Program-made: the position numbers and the translations under genes
The notes under the pieces: model-generated
The model's database searches: none
What the model saw: only the letters and a program-made list of their open reading frames with translations
Told to the model about the DNA's origin: nothing
Origin: a virus
Reading direction: 5' to 3' (one strand)
IMG/VR virus record: IMGVR_UViG_3300042332_000818
Coordinates: 32,001 to 96,000 of that record
DNA: 64,000 nt
In this document: positions 19,101 to 29,664 of the stretch, in pieces
Layout: the number at the start of each line of letters is the position of its first letter
Numbering within the stretch: the first letter of the stretch is position 1

Positions 19101-22100
19101 CTTAAGCCTTACGCTTTAACTAAAGAAGAAGATGTAAAAGAGCAAGAGATTGCTAAACAACGAGAAGAGGCAAAGGCTCAACCTAAAGCTGCTGATACAG
19201 AAGAAGCAAGAAAGACAGCTGAGGCTATTAAAATAGTTGCTCAAATTTCAGCTGCTGAGATGGATAATCCTCAAGCTTACAGAGCCTTGGTTGCTGAGAC
19301 ACCAGAAGTTGCAGAAGTTCTTGCAGACTTTATGGATGCTGTTGGTGATAATAGAGAAGCGTTTGAGTTTATTGTTACATCTGAAGGTACAGCATTTATG
19401 GCTTTTGTTAAAAAAGCTGTTGACGCTAAGAAGCTTTCTTCATTTGCTAATGATTCTTTGAAGAGATATCTTGGTAGCCAAGCAGCTTTGAATAGTCAAG
19501 TTCTTAATGATGCATTTGATAGTATCATTAAAGGTGAAAAGTATCAAGATCTAGGGGTATTCCTTTCAAAGTTTGTTAAGGTTGCTAAGGTTGAAGGTTT
19601 TGAGAATGAATTAGGTGAGGGTGTTAAACTACTTGCAAGCTATCCAGAACAAGATCTTTATTTAGTTTCGCTAGAAGATTATGAGAATGTTGCAGAGGGA
19701 TCAACTGCTCAGGTTCAATACTGGGTAATTAACTCTCAGCAGGTTCCTAATGAGGTAATTCACGCTAATGATAAGATTTATGTAGATCTTGACGCCGCTA
19801 AAAATGCCTTAGCTGATTTTCTTGAGACAGGATCTGTAAACACAAAGAAGAACAGATTTACTTTTGATGGTAATGTTCTTCGTCCTGGAACAGTAATACT
19901 TAATTCTAACGGTACAAGATATCAAGTTATTGGTGTTGCTAGTACAGATGAGACAGGTAGAGTAAATGCTATTCAAATTCAAAAGCAGAATAGTAAGAAT
20001 CGTCCTGAGACAATTAAAAACTTCAATGGCTACACTGTACAAACAGATATTAAAGTTTCAGAAGACGCATCTAAGCTTAGCCCTACTGCAGAATTTGGTT
20101 ACGTTAAGAGACCGCAATTTGTCACAGGAGAGCACAATGTAAAGCTTTCAGAATACTACAATTCTGTTAGTGAAACGGAGTTTCTTGAAAGTTTGGTGTT
20201 TGAAGTATCCGCACCTATGGGTGGTGAGCTTACTGAAACTAATCTTCAATACGGAGGAAGAGGTGAAAACCCAAGAATAAAGAAGCGTTCTACTGATAGA
20301 GGATCTGTTGCTGTATATGCTGTAGATCTTACAGGTGAACCTTTGCTTCTTGGATATCTTAATGATCCTAGAGAATACATATTCTACTCTGCTGATGGTA
20401 AGAGAATGGAAATCCTTACTAAAGAAATGGTTAACGCTGACCTTTTCTACGGTACACCTAATGCAGATAATGTAATCAGAGCATACAACAATAGTTTAAA
20501 TCTTTACGATTACTTAGTATCTGCACGAGGTTCTAACAACATGGCTAGAATACCGTACTCTGAAGTAAGTCAGTTTGCAACTTTGAGTCTTGCTTCTCCT
20601 GGATATTTATTTGCTGGAGAGGACAAAGTATCTTTTTCAGATCTTAAGTATAAGACTTACGACGGTTCTACTGTTGTAATTGATAGATATCAAGGAGATG
20701 CTCCTATTGTTCTTTCTGGTTCTTTGACATTTGATCAAGTTAAAGAAATTACAAGTGTAGTCAACAGCTCTAAAGCAGTATATGAGAATCTTGGGCGTTA
20801 CGTTCTTGTATCAAAGATTCCTAATGGTAGAGTAATCTTTACTGAACTTAGCGCTAAGCAAATGGAAGCAACCGAAGCTGAGGCTTTGGTTAAAGAGTTA
20901 GTTGCTGCAGCAAGTAATAAAAAGCTAAACAAGAAAGAATTTGGTGATCAGTTTAATAGTAAGTTGTTCTTTGCTTATACCGGAAAGGACACCTTTAATG
21001 ATAGCAATGTTAAGTATAAGGTTACTTTTAATATTGTAGGAACTGAGGATAAGCTTATTGAAGCTTCTTTCTTGCCTTTAAGTGGTTCTGTAAAAGCTGA
21101 ACAAAAGATTCGTTTTGCTCCTACTGCTAAATCACTGGAAGAGTTTATCAATCTCTTTAATATTGCGATTGAGGAAAACAATAAGCAACTTGATAAGAGT
21201 GCTAACCTTAAGTATGTAAAGCTTGATCCTGTAGGTGCTGATAACTTCTATCAGAATATTTCTAAGAATATTACACAAGACGATCTTGCTAATACTAAGA
21301 GTAATGTTACTCATCCGGAGATGATCTCTGTTAATGGTATCAAGATTGTTGATGTGGCAGGTGCTACACCTATGGGTGCAGTAGTTGAAGATATGACCAG
21401 TAAGCCGGCACCAGCTGTAGTACAAGAAGAGCTTCCCGCTATTACAGAACCCGTAACGGACATTTCTGATGTAGAGGCTAAGAAAGCTGATATAGAAAAT
21501 AATGATTTTGTAATTAAAATAAAAAAGATAGGACAGAGCTATGCAGGAGGAAAACAGTTTGTTAATACAAAACAAACAGGAAAAGAATTTTTAGAACAGG
21601 TTAATTATGAAATGTATGGTGAAAAAGTTCAAGCAGAACATTTATTATATTTTAAAGATAAATTTGATGGAGCATTATATGATTTAATTAATAGAGGATA
21701 TAAAGAGCTTACTGGTAAAACTTTTGAAGAGTATGATGCAGAACTAGCTGCTTTAAAACAACAACCTACATCTACTACTCAACCATCTACTAGTGTTAAA
21801 GAGGGAGTAGAAGAAGGTGCTCAGCCTTCCGCAGGTATAGAAACTTTTGTTGACACTCTTTCTGTTTTTAATAACGATATGCTCAAGCAGGACTTGCTTG
21901 TTGCAGAAGCTGAGCTTGAAAGCTACAAGGAAGGATTAGACATTGATCAAACTTTTGATAATCCTGAACTTGACAGATTAGAGAACAGGGTTAATGAGCT
22001 TAAGAAGCAATTAAATATTGCTTACAAGAATGTTGATTCTTACACTCCAGAGACTCAGCAAGAACTTGCAAACTTCCTGGATTGGGTTAAGAACTCTTTG

Positions 22101-25100
22101 CCTAGTTACATTGAGGTTGCTACAGTAGAGACTATTGCTGATCGAATGATCAGTGAAGGAATTACTGTTGGTAGATTCTCTACTATTGTAAAGAATGCAG
22201 GAGATAACATCAATGAGATCTCTGGTCTAATTGAGATTGTTAAAGACTCTCCGGCTAAGTATCACGAAGCTTTTCACTCAGTATTTAGACTAATCTTAAC
22301 TGATAAGGAAATACAGAGAGCTCTTGCCCAGGGTGAAAAAGAGCTTGTGCAAAAACTCAAGACTCAAGGTAGAAGTCTTGATTCTGTAATGAATGAGTAT
22401 AGAAAGCAACCTTTCTACTTTTCAATGACTACTCAAGAGCTTAAAGAAAGAGTTGTAGAAGAATATCTTGCTGATACGTTTGAAGAGTTTAAAAAGAATC
22501 CAAGAGCTACAAATACTGCTGTATCAAACAAGTCTACTTTTAGAAAGATTATTGACTTTTTGATTAATCTCTTTAAAGTTTACCGTCCTAGATTTGAATC
22601 TAACGATGATTTGTTTGAGGGAATTGCTGACGGAAGATTTAGAAAAGCCGGTATTGCTAATAACAAATACACCAGATCTGCAATAAACAATGGAGGTGAT
22701 GTAGCCTTTGCTGTAATGCTGAACAAAGGTTCGGTTAGTGTTTCTACCGGAAGCGGTATAGAGGTAATTCCTCAATATGTAAACTCACAAGATACTCAGT
22801 ACTTGATGTCTGCTTTGGTATCTAGAGTTTACACAACCTTGCAGGCTGATCCATCAATTCGTACAAGTGAAGCAATTAAGTTTGCTATTATAGATTTTGC
22901 TAGACTGTTTAATCCTGAAAGATATTCAAATGTTGAACTTAAAGAAAGAGCTTCTGCTCTTCTTTCAGCATTGAAGTCTCCGGTTAACCGTTCTGAAATT
23001 GAGCAGCACATTAGAGAATCTTTAAAGACGTTTAATAACGTTAGAAATCTTCTGAATGATGCTCAAGAAGAACTTGAAGAAGACTTTGGTGGTAATACTT
23101 CTAAGTCATTCTTTAAGAGTAAGGAAGAGCTTGATGGTGTAACATCGTTGCCGACAGTGGTAAAAGCTTTGATAAGCACCACTCCTGTTGTAGAGGCTGA
23201 TGCTTTTGGAAATGAGTTCTTTGTAGATAGAGAAGGCAATCTTACAGAAGAAAGAATTATTGTTCCTGCTTCAGTACAATTGGTTTATAATACTATCACA
23301 AGAATCACAGCGGATAGTGTTGATGAGATTGAAGCGCTAAATAGAATGCTTGCGTTTACTAGATTTAATTCAGATTCTAGTAAGAACTCTCACGGTGTTC
23401 AGTTTATCAATCACGCGTTTAAGGTGTTTAATATTGTTGCAGATGATTCAGGTGCTATAACAAAGCAAAGCTTGCTTAACGTTAGAAACGCTGCTACATA
23501 CCAAGCGTTTATAAAGGCGTTTGCTGAAAAGAGTAAGAGAGACTACACATTTACAGCGGTTGACTCTAGAAATAAGAAGAAGAAGTCTTATGACGCCAAC
23601 AGAAGATCTGAGGGAACTCTCCAATATGATTCTTGGAGATCTGCTTACAATGCAAAGGTTGATTCAATAACGGATGAGACTGCAAAAGAAGCTGCTGATA
23701 TACTTTCTAATCTTACCTCTATTGTAAATAACGTTGCTGTTTATGATCAGAGTGTTTCAACAGCAGTAAAAGACGGGCTTACTCGTTTTGGTGATATTAC
23801 TGGAATTGAAATAGCTCCAGCTTTCTACGAATACTCTTGGTACAAGTACAAGATCTCTGAGAATAAACTTGAAATGACTGAAGCTAACGCTGAAGTTCTT
23901 TCAACAGTTAGACTTTTGTCTTTACCTGTATTAACACCTGAGATCCTAAATCAAATTGGTAAATCTTTACTTGAGAATAAGGGAACGGGTCTTTTCCTTA
24001 GAGATGATTCAGAAAGTTCTAACGAAGAATTGTACACTGTTGGTGGTAGAGTAAAAGCTCTTGCTTCGGGTAATGTCTTCTTCAATGAGAACATTGATAC
24101 AACAAGCTTTACAAATGCTAACGGTAACAAGATTCAGACTTACCAGGTAAAGACTGTACTTACTAAGTTGGTTCAAGCTTTAAAGCAAGGACTTCCTACA
24201 GATGCATACAGAGCTGATAACTATTTGGCTAATAACAAAGAGTTCTTGGCAATACTTCCTGAGATTAATACTAAGTCAATTGACGGTCTTGCTGCTAGAA
24301 GTCTAGATAATGCGGGTGTAAGCTTTAACCAACAAGCCGGTACTGTATACGCTGACTACACTGACAGAGAGTTCTTGTTTAATATTCTTTCTCAGTACAC
24401 AGAGGTAGAGGTTATAAATGGTGTTGTTACAGTACCCCATTTTATCAGAGTACTAGAAGCTGCAAGTACCGGTATGACGGTAAATCTCCCTGTTACAAAA
24501 GCAGTAGACTTTAAGACTACCGGTTGGACAGTTAATTCAGAATACCTAGATGCGCTAGTTGCTGAGGTAGAAAGAGACGTTAGAAGAATTGCAGAAGTTC
24601 AGGATCAGATTGAAAAGGTTGAGAATCCTGCACTTGATGAATCTGAACTTGATTTTGACATTATTGAAAATTATCATAGAGGTGATAAGCTTGGTCTAAA
24701 GTTGTCTCACAACTTAAGATCTCTTCTGGGTGCAGAATTTTCTGAAAAGATTGAAAGCGGTTTAGCTACGGATGCAGAACTTAGAAAGAATCTGGAGTCC
24801 TCTCTTATTAAAAGTGTAGATCAGTTTGTTGATAAGCTCATTCAGAATAATCTTTTACAAAGAAGAAAAGGATTGCTTGAAATAGGAGACAGTCCTTTGG
24901 TGTCAGTTGTTGGTCGTTCTGGAATAGCTGCTTCTAAAGCTGCAAGATTTGTAGAAGACTTGAATCTTTTTCCTATGCAGGAGAAAGACGCACCGGGTGT
25001 TAGAAACATTAGACTCGAAGCTTCTATTGCTCAAATCTTCTTATCTAGTTTCTTGAACGTTTCTTCTTTCAACCAGCTTTTGATGGGTGATCATAACAAA

Positions 25101-28100
25101 CAGTTTAAAGATTCTAAAAACGTTGTTAAAAGAGCAAAAGGTCTTAATGCCTCTGGTATATCTACATCTCACAGCACTTTAGCACCAGAACTTGGTATTA
25201 ATAAAAAGTTTGACGCTAAAGGTGATCTTGTTCATATTACTTTTCCTAATGATCTTTCTCCAGAAAAAACTAAAAGAGATGATGGCCAGTTATATATGAC
25301 CGTTAATGGTCTTCGTTACATACTTTTTGGTATGGGTAGACTTAGAGAACCTGCTATTGCAAATTTCTTGGATAAAATACAAAATGGGTTGCCTGTTAGT
25401 GAAGAAGAAGTCTTTGGTTTAAATGGTACTATTCAGTACAATTCACAAACCAATTCTCTTAAACTTGTTTACTATGATGGTGAGACATATTTAAAAATGT
25501 CAGCTGTTGTTCTTACACCTGAGCTAACTACAAGATTTAGTTCTCCAGGAGCTTTTCTTGACAATCTCAGAAGAGTGTTAGAAAAAGCAGAAGAGACTGC
25601 AACGGTTGCTTTTGGTCACCCTGAAAGTGCTGAAAAGACTTTTGCTAAAAATGCTGTATCAAGTAGAACAGACATTACTCCTTATAATGAAGTCTTGTTT
25701 AAAAAGCATTTTAATGCTCTTGATCCTAACTTCTTATATCTGTCTACTGAAATTCCTTCAAATAAAACTAAGATTACAGATCCTACGCAAATGAAGAGTA
25801 TCCTTATTTCAGGATTTTCAAATGCTGATAAAGTATATGTTGACGGCCAAGAAGTTTCTGCAGTTGCAGCTATTAAAGAGTTGTTACAGCTTAGTGCTAA
25901 AAGAACAGAGAGTAAGTACTTTGAAAGAAGAAAGAAAACTTTTGAAATTGAGGATTTTCTTGATGAGTTTACAAAGTCTTTGGATCTTGGTAAGGTTACA
26001 CCTAAGCTAGATTCGTTTAGACTTGAAGCTGTTGATACTCTAAAGAGTATTGGAGCATCTCCACAGGAGATTGAAATATTTGAGCGTGGTGATATTAACC
26101 TTAATAACCCTGTAACATTATCAAGATTCTATACTTTATTTCTTAGCTACTTTAGTAAGGGTGTAGGTAAAGATATTATTCCTGGTTATAAGCTTACCTT
26201 GATTTCAGACTCTGGTATTGTAATTAGAAGAAGAGCAAACACTGCTATTTCTAATGGTACTAGCGTAGATACTGTTGTAACATCAGATGAATATCTGAGA
26301 ATGTCAGAAGCTGAAAGAAAAAATGTTTATGATGATCGTCTTAGACATGATGTAAAGGTTTACGATAAGGCTGGTAAAATCATAGATACTTATGCTGAAA
26401 TGCTAATGCCCTCTCACTTTAGAGGTAAATCACTTGATAGTGAAAGAACAATGCATTCAGTTCGTATTCCTTCTCAAGCAAGCCAATCTGCAACAAACAG
26501 TAAGGTTGTTGATTATATGCCTGCTTACTATGGTTCAAGTGCTATTCTCCCGCAAGAGTTGATTGATATTACTGGTTGGGACTTTGACGCTGACTCTATT
26601 TTTGTTCATCGTCCTTTTACTTATCGTTTTGAAAACAGAGAACTTGTTTACGGTGAAGAAAAAACTGTAGCTGAAAAGAAGGCTGCTTACTTTAACTCTC
26701 TTATAAATAATAATGAAGAGTATGCTTTGGAGCTTTCACGGTACGAAGATCCTACAGATGAAGTATTAAGAGAAGATATTACCCAGAAAATGGGTATTAA
26801 GTATACAGAAGAGAAGTATAGAGCCACTCCTGAATACATCAACAACAGAATTCTTAAACTAAAAACTGCATTGCAAGGCTCTGAGTCTCGTACTGTTGCA
26901 AAAGATAGTGGTATTCCTAAGTCTTATCAACCAATGAAGACCGTTTCTTATGACGCTTTTGAAAGAAAGGTAAAAGAAGAATCACCTGAGTTTGCTAACT
27001 TCATTGATGCTCAAGTGGGTATTCACGATTCTATTCTTGGTCAACTTGATTTTTTTGGTAACATTAGAGAAGGTGCTGAGAATATCGGTCCGGCTGTAAA
27101 TGGTGTACTTGCTTACTCTCTTTTAAACTTAGGAAGAGTTTCTGGTAATGAGGATGCTGGATTCACAGTAAATGGTAACCGATATAACACATTTGAAAAT
27201 GTTGTTGATACTGACGGTAACGACATTTCAGATAACATGTCTCAAACTGTGAGCATCATGGTTGATAACACTAGTAATCCTGTTGCAAGGATGTACGGTA
27301 TGAGCCTTGAGCAAACCGGTGTTGCTGCATACATGACTTCTCTTGGTGTTTCAGTAGAAGACGCTCTATTATTTATCAATCAGCCTATTGTTAGACACTT
27401 TTCAAATGCTCTTAAAAACTCTAGATCTTCAATCAAGGTTAAGAGTGCTGATAAAGGTGCAAGCAGTAAAGAGATAATGGATCAAATGATTCAACTCTTT
27501 AAAGCTAAACTTAAAACTGAAGCTGACGATGTTGAGTCTATAAGTCAATACAAAAATGCAGTAGATGCTTCTGCCGGATATGAAACTTTAAAGTACTCGG
27601 TATTGCCTATAGAAAAGGCTATTGAGGAAATGCCTATCTCAGAAGTTGAGAACCAGCTAAAGCTTTTGTTTCAATTTGATAAAGTAAAAACACAAGCTCA
27701 GATATTCAGTGACTTTGCTAAGCTAACCAAGCTTAACCAGGGTGTTGGTAAAGATTCAGATAGCTTTGATAGATATCTTGAATTAGCCGATATGTTTACT
27801 ACCGAAGAGGGTGTTAAGTCTATTTCAAATTCAGGCTTCCCTGTTGAAGGTATTACCACCGCTATATCAAACAACGATTATCTTACAACTCAAATTAAAG
27901 CGCTTAAAGAACTATCAAAACTGTTTAGAACGGTATTTATTGATAGATCTCCTGTGTTTGGATTTGTTCAGGAGTCTCTTGAAAATGTATTAAGTCCTAC
28001 GGATTACATTAAAAGAGGAGCTGTTGAAAATATTAGAAAGGATTTGATGTCTGTAATTACTGCTTCTGCTTATATGAATAAGCTAGAGGATGGTGATATG

Positions 28101-29660
28101 AGAAACAGTAATCTTTCAAATGCTTTGATCTATGAAGCTCTTAAGACTAGTCAACCTTCCGTTAAAGACATTACTCAAATTGTAGGTTCACTAAGAAGAT
28201 ACTACTCTGATAAAGGTGTTAGAAATAGATTTATTCAAGATTACCTTTTTTCTAATCCTGCTAAAAAGATTAACGGTCAGACAAATACTAAGAACCGTGA
28301 GCAGGTAAATAGAGTATCTCTTAACAGCTGGAGCAAGCTGTCACCTGAAATTGGCGATATGCTCTACAGAGATTTTGTAGATGGTATTAGTAATTCTGAT
28401 GTACTTGATAACGGTATTACTGTTAGATCAGCATTCTTGGATCTTGTACACTACTTGATGGTTAAAGACGGCTTAAACTTTAAGAGCGGAAGCTTCCTGT
28501 CTTATGTTGCACCTATTGCACTTAGAGACATATTTGCTTCTAATAATGAGGCGATTAACGTTCTTAAAGATGCTGAAGGAATGCTTACAAAGTCAAGCAA
28601 AGTATTTGGTGGACCGTTGGATGTGTTTATTGGAGACTTCCTTATAAACTGGCCAAAGCATGCGGTAAACCAAAACGCTATAAAGACTTTGTTTACACCT
28701 GACTATAAAGATGAAAGAAAAGAAATCTTTGATGCTTTATTTAAGCAGGTTACAGAGGATCGTTTAAACGTTAGCATCTTTGGATATCAATCAGCGTTTG
28801 AAGAAAATCTTAATGTTGATCAAGAGTCTGAAGGATATGCCGATTACTTTAAGAAGGTAGCTCCTGTATTTGGTGCTTCACAGTTTAACAGTGTGAAATT
28901 TGAATCAGGAACTAAGACAGAGTTTCCGTTATACATAATTAAGGATAAAAATCTTTACAAGCTTTACTATTACTATGGTGGGGTTACTGATTCTGAATTT
29001 TTTAATACTGCAGACGGAAAGGCTAGAAAGATTTCAATTGGTAATAACAATGTTGTAGCTGTATTGAATGCTTCTAAAAGAGAGTTGGGTAGAGTCGGGT
29101 TCTTCGGTTCATTTGCTCAGTACGAGAAAGTTAATGTAAAGGGTAACAGATCTCAAACTGGTGCAGGATACATCTTTGGTGATCTTCCAAACTATACTCT
29201 ACTAGAATCTCAAGCTACTACTCCTACTTTAAAGACTGAACCTGCTGCTACAAGAACAGTTACACCTGTAAATCCTAAGCTTGAACAGGAAGCAGTGGAA
29301 CAAAGATCTGCAATTATTAAAAATGCAGTATTGACAGCAACAACTACTGATAGTGAGTTTGCTGGAAATATTGACTTTGAAAATTCAAATCTTGGAGGAA
29401 GACGTATAACAAAAGTTCCAACTTCTTTCCTTGAAACTTTAAATACATATCAGCTTACCGAGCAAGATCGTAATAAGCTTCGTCAACTATATGAAAATAA
29501 AGCATTTACAACTTTAGAGACAGGTAATATAGATGTCTCAAGTTTTAGTAAATTTATGGATCTTATAGAAGAAACGATTCAAGTTAATAGAAGTGTGCAA
29601 AATCTTGACGATATTATTGATAGAATGCAAACTTGTTACGGTATAACAATCAACCTATAA
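16182..29660 (+). CDS. Giant virion-packaged RNA polymerase-containing polyprotein with zincin-like motif
   Basis: 4492 aa. Has RIPSQ (26463) and GWDFDADS (DxDxD at 26580-26594), like the DFDID motif of crAss-like vRNAP, plus HEAFH (22263-22277) followed by EEYLAD. The N-terminus is Gly/Ala-rich and hydrophobic. Confidence 0.85.
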   Translation: MDFNANPLFPNTSNPKVSGISPELLADFNSALAQAAPEFRPEPNPLFTRFPNENFGLYETNYERYARRSNFDELGFSPYRDNDAIYNAEANFAGELWRGLQGAAMLTGSTAFDMLKGTGDILTLDFKGLMAPDMGAAAEFEDINRIYGSTKGGATGFIANGATQLGFIGGMVLGSLPESAALAFATAEAGGAAGFLNIGRKIGQGLRIIDKAADATAAAKAAQAASATSTVLKNAETVRGAGAVADWLATTSPQIAKITGNPILKFFNPLENTVGYIDDVAKAASAGTALPSIGKGVGAVMRDGQIFKAAAVEASLEGGFVAKNLSDKALNEFYETNGRLPNEEELAEIKEKVTEAGARTTAWNLPVILFTDKLLFGPMLNKLDKTISRGIGADLQGLVRNADGTVAAKQVLGASARKSVTLEGKEFLNSLLQPGKYLTRGSAFLKNGLGEGAQEVFQEYASKTMEDYYGDILSSPMGIPKMDVMGYLKENISNTGADEGLAFLSGAFVGGVAGGAMSKVAKAAKINAGINTFINQTNESGEKMSFKERYQAYKAEQQKINNELADTINSAIQSPVDLFERSIRTNEDTKKLLRQIQIGNLIQDEKLVRDAAEELRFNKIYTALDTGTFDLLTGKLATLKQLDDVGIVEATGSANAEEARARLDKTIQRANEIKNRYDSVKSKYPNPFDYSMYEYATDAYNQAYLANKGYEEALRDYIFMGETIDKLKERNASLKSAFGSTSIAPKITSLDVDVITNLSNLRKEMSLLSDEVLAEDAAVTPDQKKIIANKKARLKVLTEYNDALNAFHAAEKEGKGTKRKEAKLKSSFAKVVSHLNEVSEVESQYSEDSFNELFAQLKDYQRNDIDSLQLGARAATLGNYSTLIDYAKRHSAAMNDVFVNKRKYIKRSVDNFMSAVAQNQNLHSLKEAGYAIPEEELMPYIEEGKIPQNLISLKNGTTVPTTDPSIEGVLETILKPYALTKEEDVKEQEIAKQREEAKAQPKAADTEEARKTAEAIKIVAQISAAEMDNPQAYRALVAETPEVAEVLADFMDAVGDNREAFEFIVTSEGTAFMAFVKKAVDAKKLSSFANDSLKRYLGSQAALNSQVLNDAFDSIIKGEKYQDLGVFLSKFVKVAKVEGFENELGEGVKLLASYPEQDLYLVSLEDYENVAEGSTAQVQYWVINSQQVPNEVIHANDKIYVDLDAAKNALADFLETGSVNTKKNRFTFDGNVLRPGTVILNSNGTRYQVIGVASTDETGRVNAIQIQKQNSKNRPETIKNFNGYTVQTDIKVSEDASKLSPTAEFGYVKRPQFVTGEHNVKLSEYYNSVSETEFLESLVFEVSAPMGGELTETNLQYGGRGENPRIKKRSTDRGSVAVYAVDLTGEPLLLGYLNDPREYIFYSADGKRMEILTKEMVNADLFYGTPNADNVIRAYNNSLNLYDYLVSARGSNNMARIPYSEVSQFATLSLASPGYLFAGEDKVSFSDLKYKTYDGSTVVIDRYQGDAPIVLSGSLTFDQVKEITSVVNSSKAVYENLGRYVLVSKIPNGRVIFTELSAKQMEATEAEALVKELVAAASNKKLNKKEFGDQFNSKLFFAYTGKDTFNDSNVKYKVTFNIVGTEDKLIEASFLPLSGSVKAEQKIRFAPTAKSLEEFINLFNIAIEENNKQLDKSANLKYVKLDPVGADNFYQNISKNITQDDLANTKSNVTHPEMISVNGIKIVDVAGATPMGAVVEDMTSKPAPAVVQEELPAITEPVTDISDVEAKKADIENNDFVIKIKKIGQSYAGGKQFVNTKQTGKEFLEQVNYEMYGEKVQAEHLLYFKDKFDGALYDLINRGYKELTGKTFEEYDAELAALKQQPTSTTQPSTSVKEGVEEGAQPSAGIETFVDTLSVFNNDMLKQDLLVAEAELESYKEGLDIDQTFDNPELDRLENRVNELKKQLNIAYKNVDSYTPETQQELANFLDWVKNSLPSYIEVATVETIADRMISEGITVGRFSTIVKNAGDNINEISGLIEIVKDSPAKYHEAFHSVFRLILTDKEIQRALAQGEKELVQKLKTQGRSLDSVMNEYRKQPFYFSMTTQELKERVVEEYLADTFEEFKKNPRATNTAVSNKSTFRKIIDFLINLFKVYRPRFESNDDLFEGIADGRFRKAGIANNKYTRSAINNGGDVAFAVMLNKGSVSVSTGSGIEVIPQYVNSQDTQYLMSALVSRVYTTLQADPSIRTSEAIKFAIIDFARLFNPERYSNVELKERASALLSALKSPVNRSEIEQHIRESLKTFNNVRNLLNDAQEELEEDFGGNTSKSFFKSKEELDGVTSLPTVVKALISTTPVVEADAFGNEFFVDREGNLTEERIIVPASVQLVYNTITRITADSVDEIEALNRMLAFTRFNSDSSKNSHGVQFINHAFKVFNIVADDSGAITKQSLLNVRNAATYQAFIKAFAEKSKRDYTFTAVDSRNKKKKSYDANRRSEGTLQYDSWRSAYNAKVDSITDETAKEAADILSNLTSIVNNVAVYDQSVSTAVKDGLTRFGDITGIEIAPAFYEYSWYKYKISENKLEMTEANAEVLSTVRLLSLPVLTPEILNQIGKSLLENKGTGLFLRDDSESSNEELYTVGGRVKALASGNVFFNENIDTTSFTNANGNKIQTYQVKTVLTKLVQALKQGLPTDAYRADNYLANNKEFLAILPEINTKSIDGLAARSLDNAGVSFNQQAGTVYADYTDREFLFNILSQYTEVEVINGVVTVPHFIRVLEAASTGMTVNLPVTKAVDFKTTGWTVNSEYLDALVAEVERDVRRIAEVQDQIEKVENPALDESELDFDIIENYHRGDKLGLKLSHNLRSLLGAEFSEKIESGLATDAELRKNLESSLIKSVDQFVDKLIQNNLLQRRKGLLEIGDSPLVSVVGRSGIAASKAARFVEDLNLFPMQEKDAPGVRNIRLEASIAQIFLSSFLNVSSFNQLLMGDHNKQFKDSKNVVKRAKGLNASGISTSHSTLAPELGINKKFDAKGDLVHITFPNDLSPEKTKRDDGQLYMTVNGLRYILFGMGRLREPAIANFLDKIQNGLPVSEEEVFGLNGTIQYNSQTNSLKLVYYDGETYLKMSAVVLTPELTTRFSSPGAFLDNLRRVLEKAEETATVAFGHPESAEKTFAKNAVSSRTDITPYNEVLFKKHFNALDPNFLYLSTEIPSNKTKITDPTQMKSILISGFSNADKVYVDGQEVSAVAAIKELLQLSAKRTESKYFERRKKTFEIEDFLDEFTKSLDLGKVTPKLDSFRLEAVDTLKSIGASPQEIEIFERGDINLNNPVTLSRFYTLFLSYFSKGVGKDIIPGYKLTLISDSGIVIRRRANTAISNGTSVDTVVTSDEYLRMSEAERKNVYDDRLRHDVKVYDKAGKIIDTYAEMLMPSHFRGKSLDSERTMHSVRIPSQASQSATNSKVVDYMPAYYGSSAILPQELIDITGWDFDADSIFVHRPFTYRFENRELVYGEEKTVAEKKAAYFNSLINNNEEYALELSRYEDPTDEVLREDITQKMGIKYTEEKYRATPEYINNRILKLKTALQGSESRTVAKDSGIPKSYQPMKTVSYDAFERKVKEESPEFANFIDAQVGIHDSILGQLDFFGNIREGAENIGPAVNGVLAYSLLNLGRVSGNEDAGFTVNGNRYNTFENVVDTDGNDISDNMSQTVSIMVDNTSNPVARMYGMSLEQTGVAAYMTSLGVSVEDALLFINQPIVRHFSNALKNSRSSIKVKSADKGASSKEIMDQMIQLFKAKLKTEADDVESISQYKNAVDASAGYETLKYSVLPIEKAIEEMPISEVENQLKLLFQFDKVKTQAQIFSDFAKLTKLNQGVGKDSDSFDRYLELADMFTTEEGVKSISNSGFPVEGITTAISNNDYLTTQIKALKELSKLFRTVFIDRSPVFGFVQESLENVLSPTDYIKRGAVENIRKDLMSVITASAYMNKLEDGDMRNSNLSNALIYEALKTSQPSVKDITQIVGSLRRYYSDKGVRNRFIQDYLFSNPAKKINGQTNTKNREQVNRVSLNSWSKLSPEIGDMLYRDFVDGISNSDVLDNGITVRSAFLDLVHYLMVKDGLNFKSGSFLSYVAPIALRDIFASNNEAINVLKDAEGMLTKSSKVFGGPLDVFIGDFLINWPKHAVNQNAIKTLFTPDYKDERKEIFDALFKQVTEDRLNVSIFGYQSAFEENLNVDQESEGYADYFKKVAPVFGASQFNSVKFESGTKTEFPLYIIKDKNLYKLYYYYGGVTDSEFFNTADGKARKISIGNNNVVAVLNASKRELGRVGFFGSFAQYEKVNVKGNRSQTGAGYIFGDLPNYTLLESQATTPTLKTEPAATRTVTPVNPKLEQEAVEQRSAIIKNAVLTATTTDSEFAGNIDFENSNLGGRRITKVPTSFLETLNTYQLTEQDRNKLRQLYENKAFTTLETGNIDVSSFSKFMDLIEETIQVNRSVQNLDDIIDRMQTCYGITINL

Positions 29661-29664
29661 TTAA

